In this document: in pieces, positions 9,517 through 19,699 of the stretch
How the letters are laid out: the number at the start of each line of letters is the position of its first letter
Numbering within the stretch: the first letter of the stretch is position 1
Source: an uncultured Gemmatimonadales bacterium
GTDB lineage: Bacteria > Gemmatimonadota > Gemmatimonadetes > Longimicrobiales > Gaopeijiaceae
Reading direction: 5' to 3'
Assembly: GCA_963809895.1 (NCBI GenBank)
Contig: CAWELD010000003.1
Coordinates: 1,344,001 to 1,408,000 of the forward strand
Length of the DNA stretch: 64,000 nucleotides
Translations under genes and position numbers: made by a program
Notes under the pieces: generated by a model
Seen by the model: the letters and a program-made list of their open reading frames with translations, nothing else
Told to the model about the DNA's origin: nothing
The model's database searches: none

Positions 9517-10569
9517 TCAGTAGCGAGCCAGGTATCGGGCCGCCTCGACGATGTCGTCCGTACCGGGCAGAACCCAGTCCTCCAGGACCGCCGCGTAGGG
9601 GATGGGCGCATCCACGGCGGTCACCCGCAGAATGGGCCCGTCCAGCCACTCGAAGGCCTTCTCGTTGACGCGCATGGCGATCTCGCCTGCGATCCCACCC
9701 GTGCGCGTGTCCTCGTGGACGATCAGGAGCTTCCCGGTACGGCGCACGCTCTCCACGACGTGGTCGTCGTCCAGGGGAAGCAGGGTGCGCAGGTCCACGA
9801 TCTCCACCGAGATGCCTTCCTCTTCCAGGCGTGCGGCGGCCTCCAGGCCGCGGTGGACCATGAGACCGTAGGTCACGATGGTGAGGTCGCTTCCCTCGCG
9901 AGCCGTGCGCGCCCGTCCCAGGGGCACGACGTAGTCCTCGTCGGGAAGCACCTCGCGGAGCTGGGGGGCCCGATAGAGACCCTTGTGTTCCTCGAAGAGC
10001 ACCGGCGCGTCGTCGCGGATGGCCGCCTTCAGGAGGCCCTTCGCGTCACGGGGGGTGCTGGGGTACACGATCTTGAGCCCCGGCGTGTGGAAGAACGCCA
10101 TCTCCACGTTCTGGGAATGGAAGGGGCCGGCCCTGTTCCCGCCGCCGACCGGACCCCTGACCACCAACGGCAGGGGACCGGCGCCGCGGTACGCCGACGT
10201 GGCGATGTAGTTCGTGAGCACGTCGTAGGCCGGCGAGATGAAGTCCATGAACTGCATCTCGACCACGGGCCGCAATCCCATGTGCGCCGCCCCGGCGGCC
10301 GCGCCGGTGAAGCCTCCCTCGGAGATGGGCGTGTCGACGATGCGGTCCGACCCGAAGTAGTCGAGGAAGCCCCGCGTCACCTTGAAGGCGCCACCGTACG
10401 CACCGATGTCCTCGCCCATGAGGAACACGGTCTCGTCGGCCACCATCTCCTCGAAGAGGGCCTCCGCCACGGCCTCGAGGAGCGTCACCGGCTCACCGGC
10501 GGCCGTGCGCGTGACGTGCTCCGGGGGCGTCCGCTCCACCGGGCCTCCGGCGTCGTCTGCAGTCGTCAT
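9517..10569 (-). CDS. 2-oxoacid dehydrogenase E1 beta subunit
   Basis: MGEDIG, DTPISE, EMQFMDF, GPFHSQ, DLRTLLPLD. Confidence 0.95.
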   Translation of the reverse strand: MTTADDAGGPVERTPPEHVTRTAAGEPVTLLEAVAEALFEEMVADETVFLMGEDIGAYGGAFKVTRGFLDYFGSDRIVDTPISEGGFTGAAAGAAHMGLRPVVEMQFMDFISPAYDVLTNYIATSAYRGAGPLPLVVRGPVGGGNRAGPFHSQNVEMAFFHTPGLKIVYPSTPRDAKGLLKAAIRDDAPVLFEEHKGLYRAPQLREVLPDEDYVVPLGRARTAREGSDLTIVTYGLMVHRGLEAAARLEEEGISVEIVDLRTLLPLDDDHVVESVRRTGKLLIVHEDTRTGGIAGEIAMRVNEKAFEWLDGPILRVTAVDAPIPYAAVLEDWVLPGTDDIVEAARYLARY

Positions 10570-11537
10570 GGTGTGGCTCCGAATCGCGCGCTTGCGGGTG
10601 GCGGGCTCCAGGGCGCCGCCGCGGGTCCCTGGCCCGGATAGACCTGCGAGCGGGCGTCATCCGCCGTGGGCGTCGCCTCACGGCCGGCCTCGGCCCACGC
10701 GTTCTCCATGTCCTCCTCCGCCTCGCGTTCCCAGGCGCGGACTTCGTCGGTCTCCAGGGCCTCGGCCCACTGGAGTCGGCCGGCCAGGGTGGCCACCGGG
10801 TCCGCGCCCGCGCCCTGCGGGGTGACCTCGACCATCTGGGGGCCCTCGCCGGAGCGCGCCCGCGCCACGGCTTCTTGCACCGTCTCGAAGATCTCCAGGG
10901 GATCGCCGGCGGCCACGTCGACACCGCCGATCCCGTAGGCGGGTGCCTTCTCCACGAACCGGCTCAGGCGAGAGGTGTGGGCATGTGGCGCCGTGCCGTC
11001 CAGCACCAGGACCAGGGGCACCCGGCGCGCCGCGGCGACGCTCAGGCCCTCGTGCCAGAAGCCCGAGGCGGTATCGTCGGCGCTCTCCACCAGGAGCGCC
11101 ACTCTGGACTCGCGCCGCATGGTGAAGCCCAGGGCCACACCAGCCAGAACTTCGACCAGCGCACCGGGTCGGGAGATGGGTGCGAGCAGGCCTCGCCGAA
11201 GGTCGGTGGGGAACGCCCCGGGGTCGCGCCCGCGCGCCGGTGCCGAGGCCCGTCCCAACGCCTGACGGAAGAGCTCCGTGGGCGACAGCCCGAAGAGGAG
11301 CGCCGATCCACGGGAACCGGAGAGGAGGGAGAACACGTCGCCCGTGCCGTCATCGGCGCGCCGCAGGGCCAGCGCGGCGGGGACGGCCGGCGTGAGCCGC
11401 GGCGCGGACCCCGAAGCCGACATCGCGTCCTCGTCGCCGGACCCCGCGAGCCCTTCCCGCAGGCGGCGGTCCAGGGCGCGCGCACGAACGAGTCCCCGCA
11501 GGAGCTCCCGCTGGACCGTGACCTCGGGCGTACTCAC
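10566..11537 (-). CDS. Degenerate E1 alpha-like protein
   Basis: Position and GFWHEGLSVAAARRVPLVLV...ARARSGEGPQMVE fit E1 alpha, but the GDG...NN motif is missing. Confidence 0.75.
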   Translation of the reverse strand: MSTPEVTVQRELLRGLVRARALDRRLREGLAGSGDEDAMSASGSAPRLTPAVPAALALRRADDGTGDVFSLLSGSRGSALLFGLSPTELFRQALGRASAPARGRDPGAFPTDLRRGLLAPISRPGALVEVLAGVALGFTMRRESRVALLVESADDTASGFWHEGLSVAAARRVPLVLVLDGTAPHAHTSRLSRFVEKAPAYGIGGVDVAAGDPLEIFETVQEAVARARSGEGPQMVEVTPQGAGADPVATLAGRLQWAEALETDEVRAWEREAEEDMENAWAEAGREATPTADDARSQVYPGQGPAAAPWSPPPASARFGATP

Positions 11538-11634
11538 GGCAGCGGCCCGGTCCGCAACGCAGAGACGCGGGCGTCCGTGAGGAGGCCCGCGTCCCGGAAG
11601 GAGGGCGACACGGCGTCTGGACCTCGAAAGGAGG

Positions 11635-12021
11635 TCAGTTCCCGCCTTGGTCCGCGCCACCGCCGGTGGCCGGCGGCTGGTCGCCACCGCCGCCGGAGCC
11701 CTCCTCGGTCACCCCGGGCAGCACCGGCTCGGGCTGCGTGGCCGCCGGTGGGGTCATCTCCTGGCGGAGAATGGACTCGGGCTGGCGGGCGCGGGACGAC
11801 AGGATCGACAGGAGGAGCGACAGGACCATGAAAATGGTCCCCGCGGTCCAGGTGGAGCGGGTGAGGACCGTGGTGGCCTGGCGGCCGCCCAGGATCCCTT
11901 CGGTCGCGGCAGCACCGCCGCCCATGGCGGCCAGGCCGCCACCCTTCCCCGATTGAAGGAGGATGACCACCCCGAGGAAGAGGCCGTCGATGATGAGCAG
12001 GGCGAGGAGGAAACCGTACAT
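11635..12021 (-). CDS. secG: Preprotein translocase SecG
   Basis: VILLQSGKGGGLA, two TM helices, downstream of tpiA. Confidence 0.93.
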   Translation of the reverse strand: MYGFLLALLIIDGLFLGVVILLQSGKGGGLAAMGGGAAATEGILGGRQATTVLTRSTWTAGTIFMVLSLLLSILSSRARQPESILRQEMTPPAATQPEPVLPGVTEEGSGGGGDQPPATGGGADQGGN

Positions 12022-12104
12022 GACGATCGCGCTGGGTAGATGTTACGGAATAGCTCGTAAACGTCGCCCCGAGCGACCCGGGGTGTCAACGCCTCGGGCC
12101 CGCG

Positions 12105-12863
12105 TCATCCTCCGGTGGCGGCCTCGACGATGCGGGCGAACGAGGCCGGGTCCAGGCTGGCTCCGCCCACCAACACCCCGTCCACCCTGGGAGCGGCCAG
12201 AAGCTCCGCGGCGTTGCCGGGCTTCACGCTTCCGCCGTAGAGGATGGGAATCGACCGCGCGCGCTCGCCCAGCAGCGCCTCCATGCGGGTGGCCAGGAGG
12301 GCGTGGGCGTCGGCGGCGTCACGCGGCGTGGCGGTCTCGCCGGTGCCGATGGCCCACACGGGTTCGTAGGCCACCATCAACTCGGCGTCGTCGGGCATGG
12401 GCTCCAGCGCGGCGTCGAGCTGCCCCAGGATGACTCCCTCCAGACGTCCGGCACGCCGCTGGTCCAGCGTCTCTCCCACGCAGATCACCGGAATCAGGCC
12501 GTGCCCGGCGGCCGCGGCCACCTTGCGCCCGACCTCCTCGTCGGTCTCTCCGAAGACGTGCCGGCGCTCGGAATGGCCCACCAACGTCAGCGTGGCGCCC
12601 GCTTCGCGCGCCATGGCGGCCGACACCTCGCCGGTGAAGGCACCCGCATCCTCCCAGTGGATGTTCTGCACGCCCAGCTCGACCCGTGGGTCGCGGTCGC
12701 GCGACGACACCGCCGCCGCCAGGGACAGCGAGGGCGGGAAGATCGCCACACGGGGGCCATCCTCTCCGTCCGGCAGCGCCAGCTCCCGGAAGAAGGACGT
12801 CGTCTCCAGGGGACCCAGGTTCATCTTCCAGTTGCCGGCCACCACCTTGCGCACGTCAGACAT
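12105..12863 (-). CDS. tpiA: Triosephosphate isomerase
   Basis: AGNWKMN, GHSERR, AYEPVWAIGTG, YGGSVKP, VGGASL. Confidence 0.97.
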   Translation of the reverse strand: MSDVRKVVAGNWKMNLGPLETTSFFRELALPDGEDGPRVAIFPPSLSLAAAVSSRDRDPRVELGVQNIHWEDAGAFTGEVSAAMAREAGATLTLVGHSERRHVFGETDEEVGRKVAAAAGHGLIPVICVGETLDQRRAGRLEGVILGQLDAALEPMPDDAELMVAYEPVWAIGTGETATPRDAADAHALLATRMEALLGERARSIPILYGGSVKPGNAAELLAAPRVDGVLVGGASLDPASFARIVEAATGG

Positions 12864-14082
12864 GGGATTCCTCGTCGGCATCGGAGAGGGCTTCCACCCC
12901 GGGCAACGGCTCGCCGGAGAGGAACTCGAGCGACGCGCCCCCACCCGTGGACACGTGACTCATGCGGTCGGCGACCCCCGCCTGCTCGGCGGCGGCGGCG
13001 GAATCCCCTCCTCCTACCACCGACACGGCGCCGCCGTCCGTCGCCTCGGCCACGGCCTTGGCCAGAGCGACCGTGCCCTCCTTGAAGGGCCCGAGCTCGA
13101 ACACGCCCATGGGACCGTTCCAGAGCACCGTCCCGGCCCCGCTCACCGATTCACGAAACAGGTCGACGGTGTCGGGCCCGATATCGCCGATCCGCTCCCC
13201 CGCGGGCACCTCGTTCCGCGCCACGACACGGGTGTGGGCATCGTCGCTCAGCTCGCCGGCCACCACGCAATCCACCGGCAGGAGCAACTTGTCACCGGCG
13301 CGTTCGAGGATGTCGCGAGCCATGTCCACCCGGTCCTCCTCCACCAGCGAGTCCCCCACGTCCAGGCCCATGGCGAGGAAGAAGGTGTTGGCCATGGCTC
13401 CACCCACCAGCAGGGCGTCCACCCGGGGCAGCAGCGCCTCGATGACGTCGATCTTTCCGGAGATCTTGGCACCACCGAGGATGGCCACGAAGGGGCGCTG
13501 GGGATCCTCGAGCGCGGCCCCCAGGAATTCGAGCTCGCGCTCCAGCAGGAGTCCGGCCACCGCGCGGCCCCCCTTGTCCCGCATGGCCCGCGCGATTCCC
13601 TCGGTCGATGCGTGGGCCCGGTGGGCCGTGCCGAAGGCATCGTTGACGAACAGGTCGCCGTAGGACGCCAGCGAGCGAGCCAGCTCCGGGTCGTTGGCCG
13701 TCTCGCGGGGGTCGAAGCGGGTATTCTCGAGAAGCACGATCTCGCCGGCATCGAGGTTGTCGACGGCCTCGCGGGCCTGGTCGCCCACGAGCTCGGGGCA
13801 GAAGCGAACGCGTCCACCGAGGAGGCGTGCCAACTCATCGGCCACCGGACGGAGCGTGAAGGCGGGCTCGGGCTGGCCTTTGGGGCGACCCAGGTGGCTC
13901 AGCAGTACGATGCGGGCACCGGCGTCACGGAGCCGTCGCAGCGTCGGCAGCGACGCCTCGATGCGCGTGTCGTCGGCGACGCGACCGTCGTCGGAGATCG
14001 GAACGTTGAGGTCGGCGCGAACCACGACCCGACGCCCTTTCAGGTCGTCGGGTGCGATGGCGCTGAGCAGGGCCTTGGACAT
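12856..14082 (-). CDS. pgk: Phosphoglycerate kinase
   Basis: RADLNVP, SHLGRPKG, NDAFGTAHRAHAS, STGGGASLE. Confidence 0.97.
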   Translation of the reverse strand: MSKALLSAIAPDDLKGRRVVVRADLNVPISDDGRVADDTRIEASLPTLRRLRDAGARIVLLSHLGRPKGQPEPAFTLRPVADELARLLGGRVRFCPELVGDQAREAVDNLDAGEIVLLENTRFDPRETANDPELARSLASYGDLFVNDAFGTAHRAHASTEGIARAMRDKGGRAVAGLLLERELEFLGAALEDPQRPFVAILGGAKISGKIDVIEALLPRVDALLVGGAMANTFFLAMGLDVGDSLVEEDRVDMARDILERAGDKLLLPVDCVVAGELSDDAHTRVVARNEVPAGERIGDIGPDTVDLFRESVSGAGTVLWNGPMGVFELGPFKEGTVALAKAVAEATDGGAVSVVGGGDSAAAAEQAGVADRMSHVSTGGGASLEFLSGEPLPGVEALSDADEESHV

Positions 14083-14195
14083 GGCCTTCCCGGCGAGAGG
14101 AGCGGCGTGGGAGGGGGGAACGAAAAGCTAAGACGAGCCCCCGGCCCGAGACAACGCGGGGCGGGGGCTCGTCGGGGTTTCGCCCGCGGGATGGG

Positions 14196-17069
14196 TCACT
14201 CGCGCTCGATGCGCTCCAGCCCCGAGGCCAGGGAGTCTGCGGCGGCGGAGCCCGCCGGCTGGCGTCGCAGCCCGCGCCGCTCTTCCACCGCCTGATCACC
14301 GCCGGGCAGCTCCACGATGGTCCTGAGTGTGTAGGTGTCCGGCCCCACGGCAGCCAGGTCCAGCGTCAGATACTCCACCGCCCGGCCTCCGCGTCCCGCG
14401 GGACGCCGTGCCCATTCCGTGCCGAACAGCGTCTGTCCCGCCGGGCGGAATGCGACGGGCATCACCGCATGCGTGGTCTCCGACTCCAACTCCACCCGCA
14501 GGCGGTACGGCTCCACACCCTCGGGCAGGTCGTACAGCTCGAAGAGGACGCCGGCCTGATCGCCGTTCAGAAGGTCGCCGCGCGTCAACGGGCTCACCCA
14601 GGCGTCGGACCGTCCGATGTCACGCTCCATCGGCGCCGCGGCCTCGACGAACAAGAGGTCGGAGATGTGCGAGTCGCGGCCCACGTCGGAGCGGCGTACC
14701 GGCAGCCGGACGGCTGCGGCCTGATGCCCGTGCGCGTCGTAGAGCTCCACCGCGACACGCGACACGGCGGGCCCGGCGTCGTCCCGCAGACGCACCACGC
14801 GCGATCGAGCCGAGATGCGACGCCGCGTAGCGGACAGATGCTCACCCGCTGGACCCAACAGGAAGATCCCCAGATCGAGGGAGTCGGCGCCGGGTGCCTC
14901 GGAGCGCAGCTCCTCGGGCACCGTCAGGGCCACCTCCAGCTCCACGGACCCATCGGTGGACCCCTCGAAGCGCGCCACCTGCGCCGGGAGCGTGTACAGT
15001 CTGCGCGCCCGCGTGCCGTACCACTGTGGGAAGACCTTGCGCAGGTCGTCGAGATAGGAGTCGGCCTCGGACGTCAGCCGTCGCTCCTCCGAGCCCGACG
15101 GCCTCGTGAAGGTGATGTCCGGCCCCTGGCCATAGTCCCAGAACTCCGTGCGGCTGCCGGCCGTGTTGCCGAAGTCGCGCGTGGTCTGGGGTCGACCGTA
15201 GCGCAGCCAGACCCGCGCCGCATCGCTGTCCAGATCACCGAAGCGCAGGTACGCGTAGGCCGCCCGCGCCAGGTGCTCGACGTAGCGCTCGTTCACGTCG
15301 GTGTTGAGCACCGGATCCAGCGGCGCCCAGAAGGCGTCCGGTTCGGACACCCTGGAATTGGCGGCCTCCAGGACGGTGGGGTCGTCGAACTTCGCCGTCA
15401 GGTCGTCGCCCAGCCCACTCAACGCCCGCTCCAGGTCGTGCTCGGCCTCCTCGGACCGCCCGAGTCGCTGAAGCGCCAGGCCGCTGAGCAGGAGCGAATA
15501 CGGATGCCCGCCGGTGGCCCAGGCGAAGCGCCGTGCGCCGTTCAGGACGTCCATCCAGAGCGCCTGGTCGGCCATGTCCAGCAGGATCTCGACGTTGGCG
15601 CCCACGTGTCCGGGATACGCGTCGACCGCCTCGCGGAAACTGTTCAGCATCTCCGCACGCTCCGCCTCACCGCCGGAGACGGGCGTCCAGGACGCCGTCA
15701 GCGCGCCGTCGAGCTGATCGGAGCACAGGTAGTTCCAGGCGATGAGGATATCCACGTCCACGTCGCCCGACGGGCCGGCGCGCCGGGGGCAGCTGCGTCC
15801 ATCCAGGGCGGCCACCGGCAAGCGGCCCAGGTTCTCCCATCCGAGCCAGCTCTCCTTCACCACACGTCCGTGCTCGTAGGCCAGCTCGGCCGCCAGGCGC
15901 GGCGACACGGGACGGGTGCCCAGGCGAGCCCGCTCGATACCGCGTTCCAGCAGCAACCCCGCGTCCTCACGCAGGCCCTGCTTGCGGCGGATGCGCGCCA
16001 ACGCCAGGTAGGGAGCCGGGTTGTCCGGATCTCTGGACATGGCACGCTCCAGCGCCCTGGCAGCCTCGGAGCGCCAGCGCATGGGGCTCACGCCCGCCGG
16101 CGGATCCCCGGCCAGCAGCCCGTCCAGCGGCCCGAAGCGAGCCTCCAGCTCCTCTTGCGGCTCCGCCAGCGCGGCACGCAGCAGGTCGCGCGCCTCCATG
16201 CGGATGGGCGCCGGAACCACGGAGGTCGACGTCCAGTCCTCGGGCAGCTCCCAGTCGACGTCGCCGGTGAGCTGGGGATCCTGCACGGCCGGCACCTCGG
16301 GGAGCGGCTCCTCTACCTTCTGTGGCTCGAAGGTGAGCGGGAAGGTCACATACGTACCCACCGGCCGTCCGCCACGGGTGGCGGGGTGGAAGCGGAGCGA
16401 GGTGGCTGCCTGCATGGCGGCCCGGTCCAGCGCCGGCACACCGGAGCCTTTCCGCATCATCACGTTGTCCACGGCCCCGCTGGAATCGACCCAGAGCTGC
16501 AGATCCACCGTGCCACCGATCCCCCGGCGCTGCAGGTCGGGAGGATAGTGCCGGCGGATGAGTCGACGGTCCGACTCCATGTCCACCAACGTCGGATAGG
16601 TCGGTTCCTCCACCGAGAACGGTGGGAAGTCTTCGATGGGCGTACCCGAGCTTCGCGCCGGCGGGGCCAACTCGCGCGTGTCGGTCTGAGACGACGGCGC
16701 GGGCTCCGGCTCCGGCATCACGGCCGGGGCCTCGTCGTCGGAGGAAGCGGTCGCGGGATCCACCGAGGCGACGGGCTCCTGGAAGACGTCCAGGAGGCGC
16801 TGGAAGTGGGTCACCAGCGATGCGCGGGCCGGCGGCACCGCGAGCCCCGTGAAGATCAACGCCGCCACGGAAGCCGCCAGCACGTTGCGCACCACGGCTC
16901 CGCCGGCGCTGAAGCCCGGACGTCTGATCCACGCCCGGCCCAGCTCCGCCCCGAGCTCGGGGCCGAAGGAAGGCCGTTCCTCCATTCGGATGCCCAGCAG
17001 CTCGCGGTCGAGCTCGCTCAGCTCCGGAGGCAGGTCCGGCAGTGGATTGGGATTCTGGTCCTCGATCAT
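14196..17069 (-). CDS. Membrane-anchored protein with TonB C-terminal, TPR-like and GWxTD-like domains
   Basis: TM helix, Pro-rich linker, YPPDLQRRGIGGTV...ALDRAA...FHPA (TonB_C), FWAPLDP...NERYVEHLARAAYA...RVWLRYGRP. Confidence 0.7.
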   Translation of the reverse strand: MIEDQNPNPLPDLPPELSELDRELLGIRMEERPSFGPELGAELGRAWIRRPGFSAGGAVVRNVLAASVAALIFTGLAVPPARASLVTHFQRLLDVFQEPVASVDPATASSDDEAPAVMPEPEPAPSSQTDTRELAPPARSSGTPIEDFPPFSVEEPTYPTLVDMESDRRLIRRHYPPDLQRRGIGGTVDLQLWVDSSGAVDNVMMRKGSGVPALDRAAMQAATSLRFHPATRGGRPVGTYVTFPLTFEPQKVEEPLPEVPAVQDPQLTGDVDWELPEDWTSTSVVPAPIRMEARDLLRAALAEPQEELEARFGPLDGLLAGDPPAGVSPMRWRSEAARALERAMSRDPDNPAPYLALARIRRKQGLREDAGLLLERGIERARLGTRPVSPRLAAELAYEHGRVVKESWLGWENLGRLPVAALDGRSCPRRAGPSGDVDVDILIAWNYLCSDQLDGALTASWTPVSGGEAERAEMLNSFREAVDAYPGHVGANVEILLDMADQALWMDVLNGARRFAWATGGHPYSLLLSGLALQRLGRSEEAEHDLERALSGLGDDLTAKFDDPTVLEAANSRVSEPDAFWAPLDPVLNTDVNERYVEHLARAAYAYLRFGDLDSDAARVWLRYGRPQTTRDFGNTAGSRTEFWDYGQGPDITFTRPSGSEERRLTSEADSYLDDLRKVFPQWYGTRARRLYTLPAQVARFEGSTDGSVELEVALTVPEELRSEAPGADSLDLGIFLLGPAGEHLSATRRRISARSRVVRLRDDAGPAVSRVAVELYDAHGHQAAAVRLPVRRSDVGRDSHISDLLFVEAAAPMERDIGRSDAWVSPLTRGDLLNGDQAGVLFELYDLPEGVEPYRLRVELESETTHAVMPVAFRPAGQTLFGTEWARRPAGRGGRAVEYLTLDLAAVGPDTYTLRTIVELPGGDQAVEERRGLRRQPAGSAAADSLASGLERIERE

Positions 17070-17114
17070 CTATCTATCTCGACAGCTTCGTCGATTCCAT
17101 GTATGCCCCGCCCG

Positions 17115-17732
17115 TCACGGGCTGGGGTTGTCCACGGCGTCTTTCAGCCGCTTCAGGGCGCGATGCAGACGTACCGCCACCGCGTTGTTGCTGATGCCCA
17201 GCGTCTCGGCGATCTCGCTGTTGCCGAGACCGGCGCCGTACCGGAGCGAGAGGATCTCCTGGTCCGCCTTGCGTAGCGTCTGTGTGCCGTTGAGGAGCTT
17301 CTGGATGCGCTCTTCCTTGAGCACCCGCTCCTCCTGCGAGGGAACGTCGGACACCAGGTCCGGCACCCTGTCCAACGACACGTGCAGCGATCCGCGGCGC
17401 CTGAGCGCCCGCAGATAGTCCGTCACCGCGTTGCGCGCGATCCTGAGCAGCCACGTCCGGGGCGAGGCCCGATTCGGGTCGTAGCGCTGAATCGACCGGA
17501 GCGCCTTCATGAAGACCTCGGAGGTCACGTCTTCGGCGGCTTCGCGTGTCGCCACGCGGAAGCGCACGTACCGGAAGACGGTGGGCCGATGGTCCTCGTA
17601 CCACGCCTCGAAGTCGTGGGGCAGCCCCGTCTCGGGCCGGGCCCCCCGGCGTGCGGGCTTCGGCGGTGCCGACGTCGTCCTTTCGGGCGCGTCGCTGACT
17701 GTGGTTCTGGTTCTTGTAGGCATGTCGCTCAT
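17115..17732 (-). CDS. ECF RNA polymerase sigma factor
   Basis: AEDVTSEVFMKA, TWLLRIARN, EIAETLGIS. Confidence 0.93.
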   Translation of the reverse strand: MSDMPTRTRTTVSDAPERTTSAPPKPARRGARPETGLPHDFEAWYEDHRPTVFRYVRFRVATREAAEDVTSEVFMKALRSIQRYDPNRASPRTWLLRIARNAVTDYLRALRRRGSLHVSLDRVPDLVSDVPSQEERVLKEERIQKLLNGTQTLRKADQEILSLRYGAGLGNSEIAETLGISNNAVAVRLHRALKRLKDAVDNPSP

Positions 17733-17886
17733 CTCTACGACCCCTCCCGCCCCCAGGTTACACGAATGACGGGGCTTTCAACAGGAGAACGCGCGGATCC
17801 CGCTCGAGGATCCACGCGCCCCTTCTGCCCGGACAGCCGGCGACGCCGGCGGGAGGCCGTGTTTCGGCCCCCCCGGGCGCCGAGGA

Positions 17887-18894
17887 TCAGAGCCGTTCGC
17901 CCACGTACGTGGCGAGGTCCACGACCCTGCAGGAGTACCCCCACTCGTTGTCGTACCAGGACAGGACCTTGAGCATGCGCCCGTCCATGACCGCGGTGCT
18001 CAGCCCGTCCACGATGGAGCTGTGGGAGTTCCCCGTGTAGTCGATGGAGACCAGGGGCTCGTCCGAATACCCCAGAACGCGATCCAGGGCGCCACTCGCG
18101 GCGGCCCGGAACACCTCGTTGACCTCGTCGGCGGTGGTCTCCTTCTCGACCTCGGCCACCAGGTCCACAATGGACACGTCGGGGGTGGGCACCCGGATGG
18201 CCATGCCGTCGAGCTTGCCCTTGACCTCCGGAATGACCAGCGCGGTGGCCTTGGCGGCACCGGTGGTCGTGGGGATCATGGACATGCCCGCGGCCCGTGC
18301 CCGCCTCAGGTCCTTGTGAGGCAGGTCCAGGATGTTCTGATCGTTGGTATACGCGTGCACCGTGGTCATGAGGCCCCGGCGGAAGCCGAAGTTGTCCATG
18401 ACCACCTTGACCACCGGCGCCAGACAGTTGGTGGTGCAGCTCGCATTGGAGATGACGTGGTGGTTGGCCGGATCGTAGGTGCCCTCGTTGACGCCCAGGA
18501 CGATGGTCACGTCCTCGTTCTTGGCCGGGGCCGAGATGATGACCTTGCTGGCCCCGGCGTCGAGGTGCTTCGCCGCCTTGTCTCGATCCCGGAAGATGCC
18601 GGTGGACTCGATGACCACGTCCACCTCCAGCTCCTTCCACGGGAGATTGGCCGGATCCCGCTCGCTCAGGACACGCAGCTCGTCTCCATCCACGCGCAAG
18701 CCGCCCTCCACGACACCCACCGTACCGGGATAGGGCCCGTGCACGGAATCGTGCCGGAGAAGGTGGGCGAGAGTCGTGTTGTCGGTGAGGTCGTTGACGG
18801 CCACGAAATCCAGGTCCGCATCGTGCTTCTTGGCGGCACGGAGGACATTGCGGCCGATGCGGCCGAAGCCGTTGATCGCTACGCGGATGGGCAT
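17887..18894 (-). CDS. gap: Glyceraldehyde-3-phosphate dehydrogenase
   Basis: [28 protein letters not shown]. Confidence 0.98.
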   Translation of the reverse strand: MPIRVAINGFGRIGRNVLRAAKKHDADLDFVAVNDLTDNTTLAHLLRHDSVHGPYPGTVGVVEGGLRVDGDELRVLSERDPANLPWKELEVDVVIESTGIFRDRDKAAKHLDAGASKVIISAPAKNEDVTIVLGVNEGTYDPANHHVISNASCTTNCLAPVVKVVMDNFGFRRGLMTTVHAYTNDQNILDLPHKDLRRARAAGMSMIPTTTGAAKATALVIPEVKGKLDGMAIRVPTPDVSIVDLVAEVEKETTADEVNEVFRAAASGALDRVLGYSDEPLVSIDYTGNSHSSIVDGLSTAVMDGRMLKVLSWYDNEWGYSCRVVDLATYVGERL

Positions 18895-18919
18895 GGAAGA
18901 GGACTCCTTGAAAGTCGGT

Positions 18920-19699
18920 TCAGGACGCCGCCGCCACGGGATCCACGTCGCGCGGGAGGGTGCGGGCGAACGCCAGAAGCGCGACCGACCGGGCTCCGAG
19001 AGCCTCGAGAGCCCGGGCCGCAGCCGAGGCGGTAGCGCCCGTGGTGAGGACGTCGTCCACGAGAATCACATCGAACGTCGCCGGGAGCAGACCGGCGCCG
19101 GCTCCCGGGATGAACGCATCTTCGACGTTAGCCCGGCGCCGGGCCACGGGCAAGGCGATCTGGCTGCCTCCCAGGTCCCGTCGGGCCAGTGCGTCCAGGC
19201 ACGCCCAACCCCGCACACGCGCCACCTCCCGGGCCAGCAGCTCGGCCTGGTTGTACCCCCGGCGGCGGCGCCGGCGGGGCGTGGTCGGCACCGGCACGAC
19301 CCGCGGCTCGTCCTGGAGCCGGAGGCGCCTCGCCGCCGCGGCCATGGGTCCGGCCATCACGGGCACCACCGCTGGCCAGCCACCGTACTTGAGGGCGTGC
19401 ACCAGCCGGTCGGCCGGATCCGCCAGTGCGGTGGCGCAGCGGGCGGCGACGAGGACCGCGGGCCAGTCCGCGCAGTGGTGGCACGCCGAGCCGCCATCCC
19501 GCCGGGTTCCCAGGGGAAGGTCGCATCGACGGCAGCGCGGACTGGGCAGAGGCCGTATCCGACTCCTGCACCGGAAGCACACGGGCCCCCCAGGCGCACC
19601 CGCCGGGACGCGCTCGCCGCAGCCCAGGCACCGAACGGGAAGCAGGAGGTCCAGGAGCCGGCTCGTCTCTCGGCGCACCGGGGCCGGCAGGTGGATCAT
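18920..19699 (-). CDS. comF: ComF family protein (zinc ribbon plus PRTase)
   Basis: Paired CxxC motifs, [17 protein letters not shown]. Confidence 0.9.
   Translation of the reverse strand: MIHLPAPVRRETSRLLDLLLPVRCLGCGERVPAGAPGGPVCFRCRSRIRPLPSPRCRRCDLPLGTRRDGGSACHHCADWPAVLVAARCATALADPADRLVHALKYGGWPAVVPVMAGPMAAAARRLRLQDEPRVVPVPTTPRRRRRRGYNQAELLAREVARVRGWACLDALARRDLGGSQIALPVARRRANVEDAFIPGAGAGLLPATFDVILVDDVLTTGATASAAARALEALGARSVALLAFARTLPRDVDPVAAAS

Noticed and set aside
7891..10641. Long plus-strand ORFs (e.g. 916 aa here, 935 aa at 14469, 819 aa at 48305, 914 aa at 50707)
   Set aside because: Antisense shadows of real genes in high-GC DNA; no recognisable motifs
11540..11640. tRNA often found after secG
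   Set aside because: No cloverleaf or T-loop signature; no tRNA or rRNA recognised anywhere in the window
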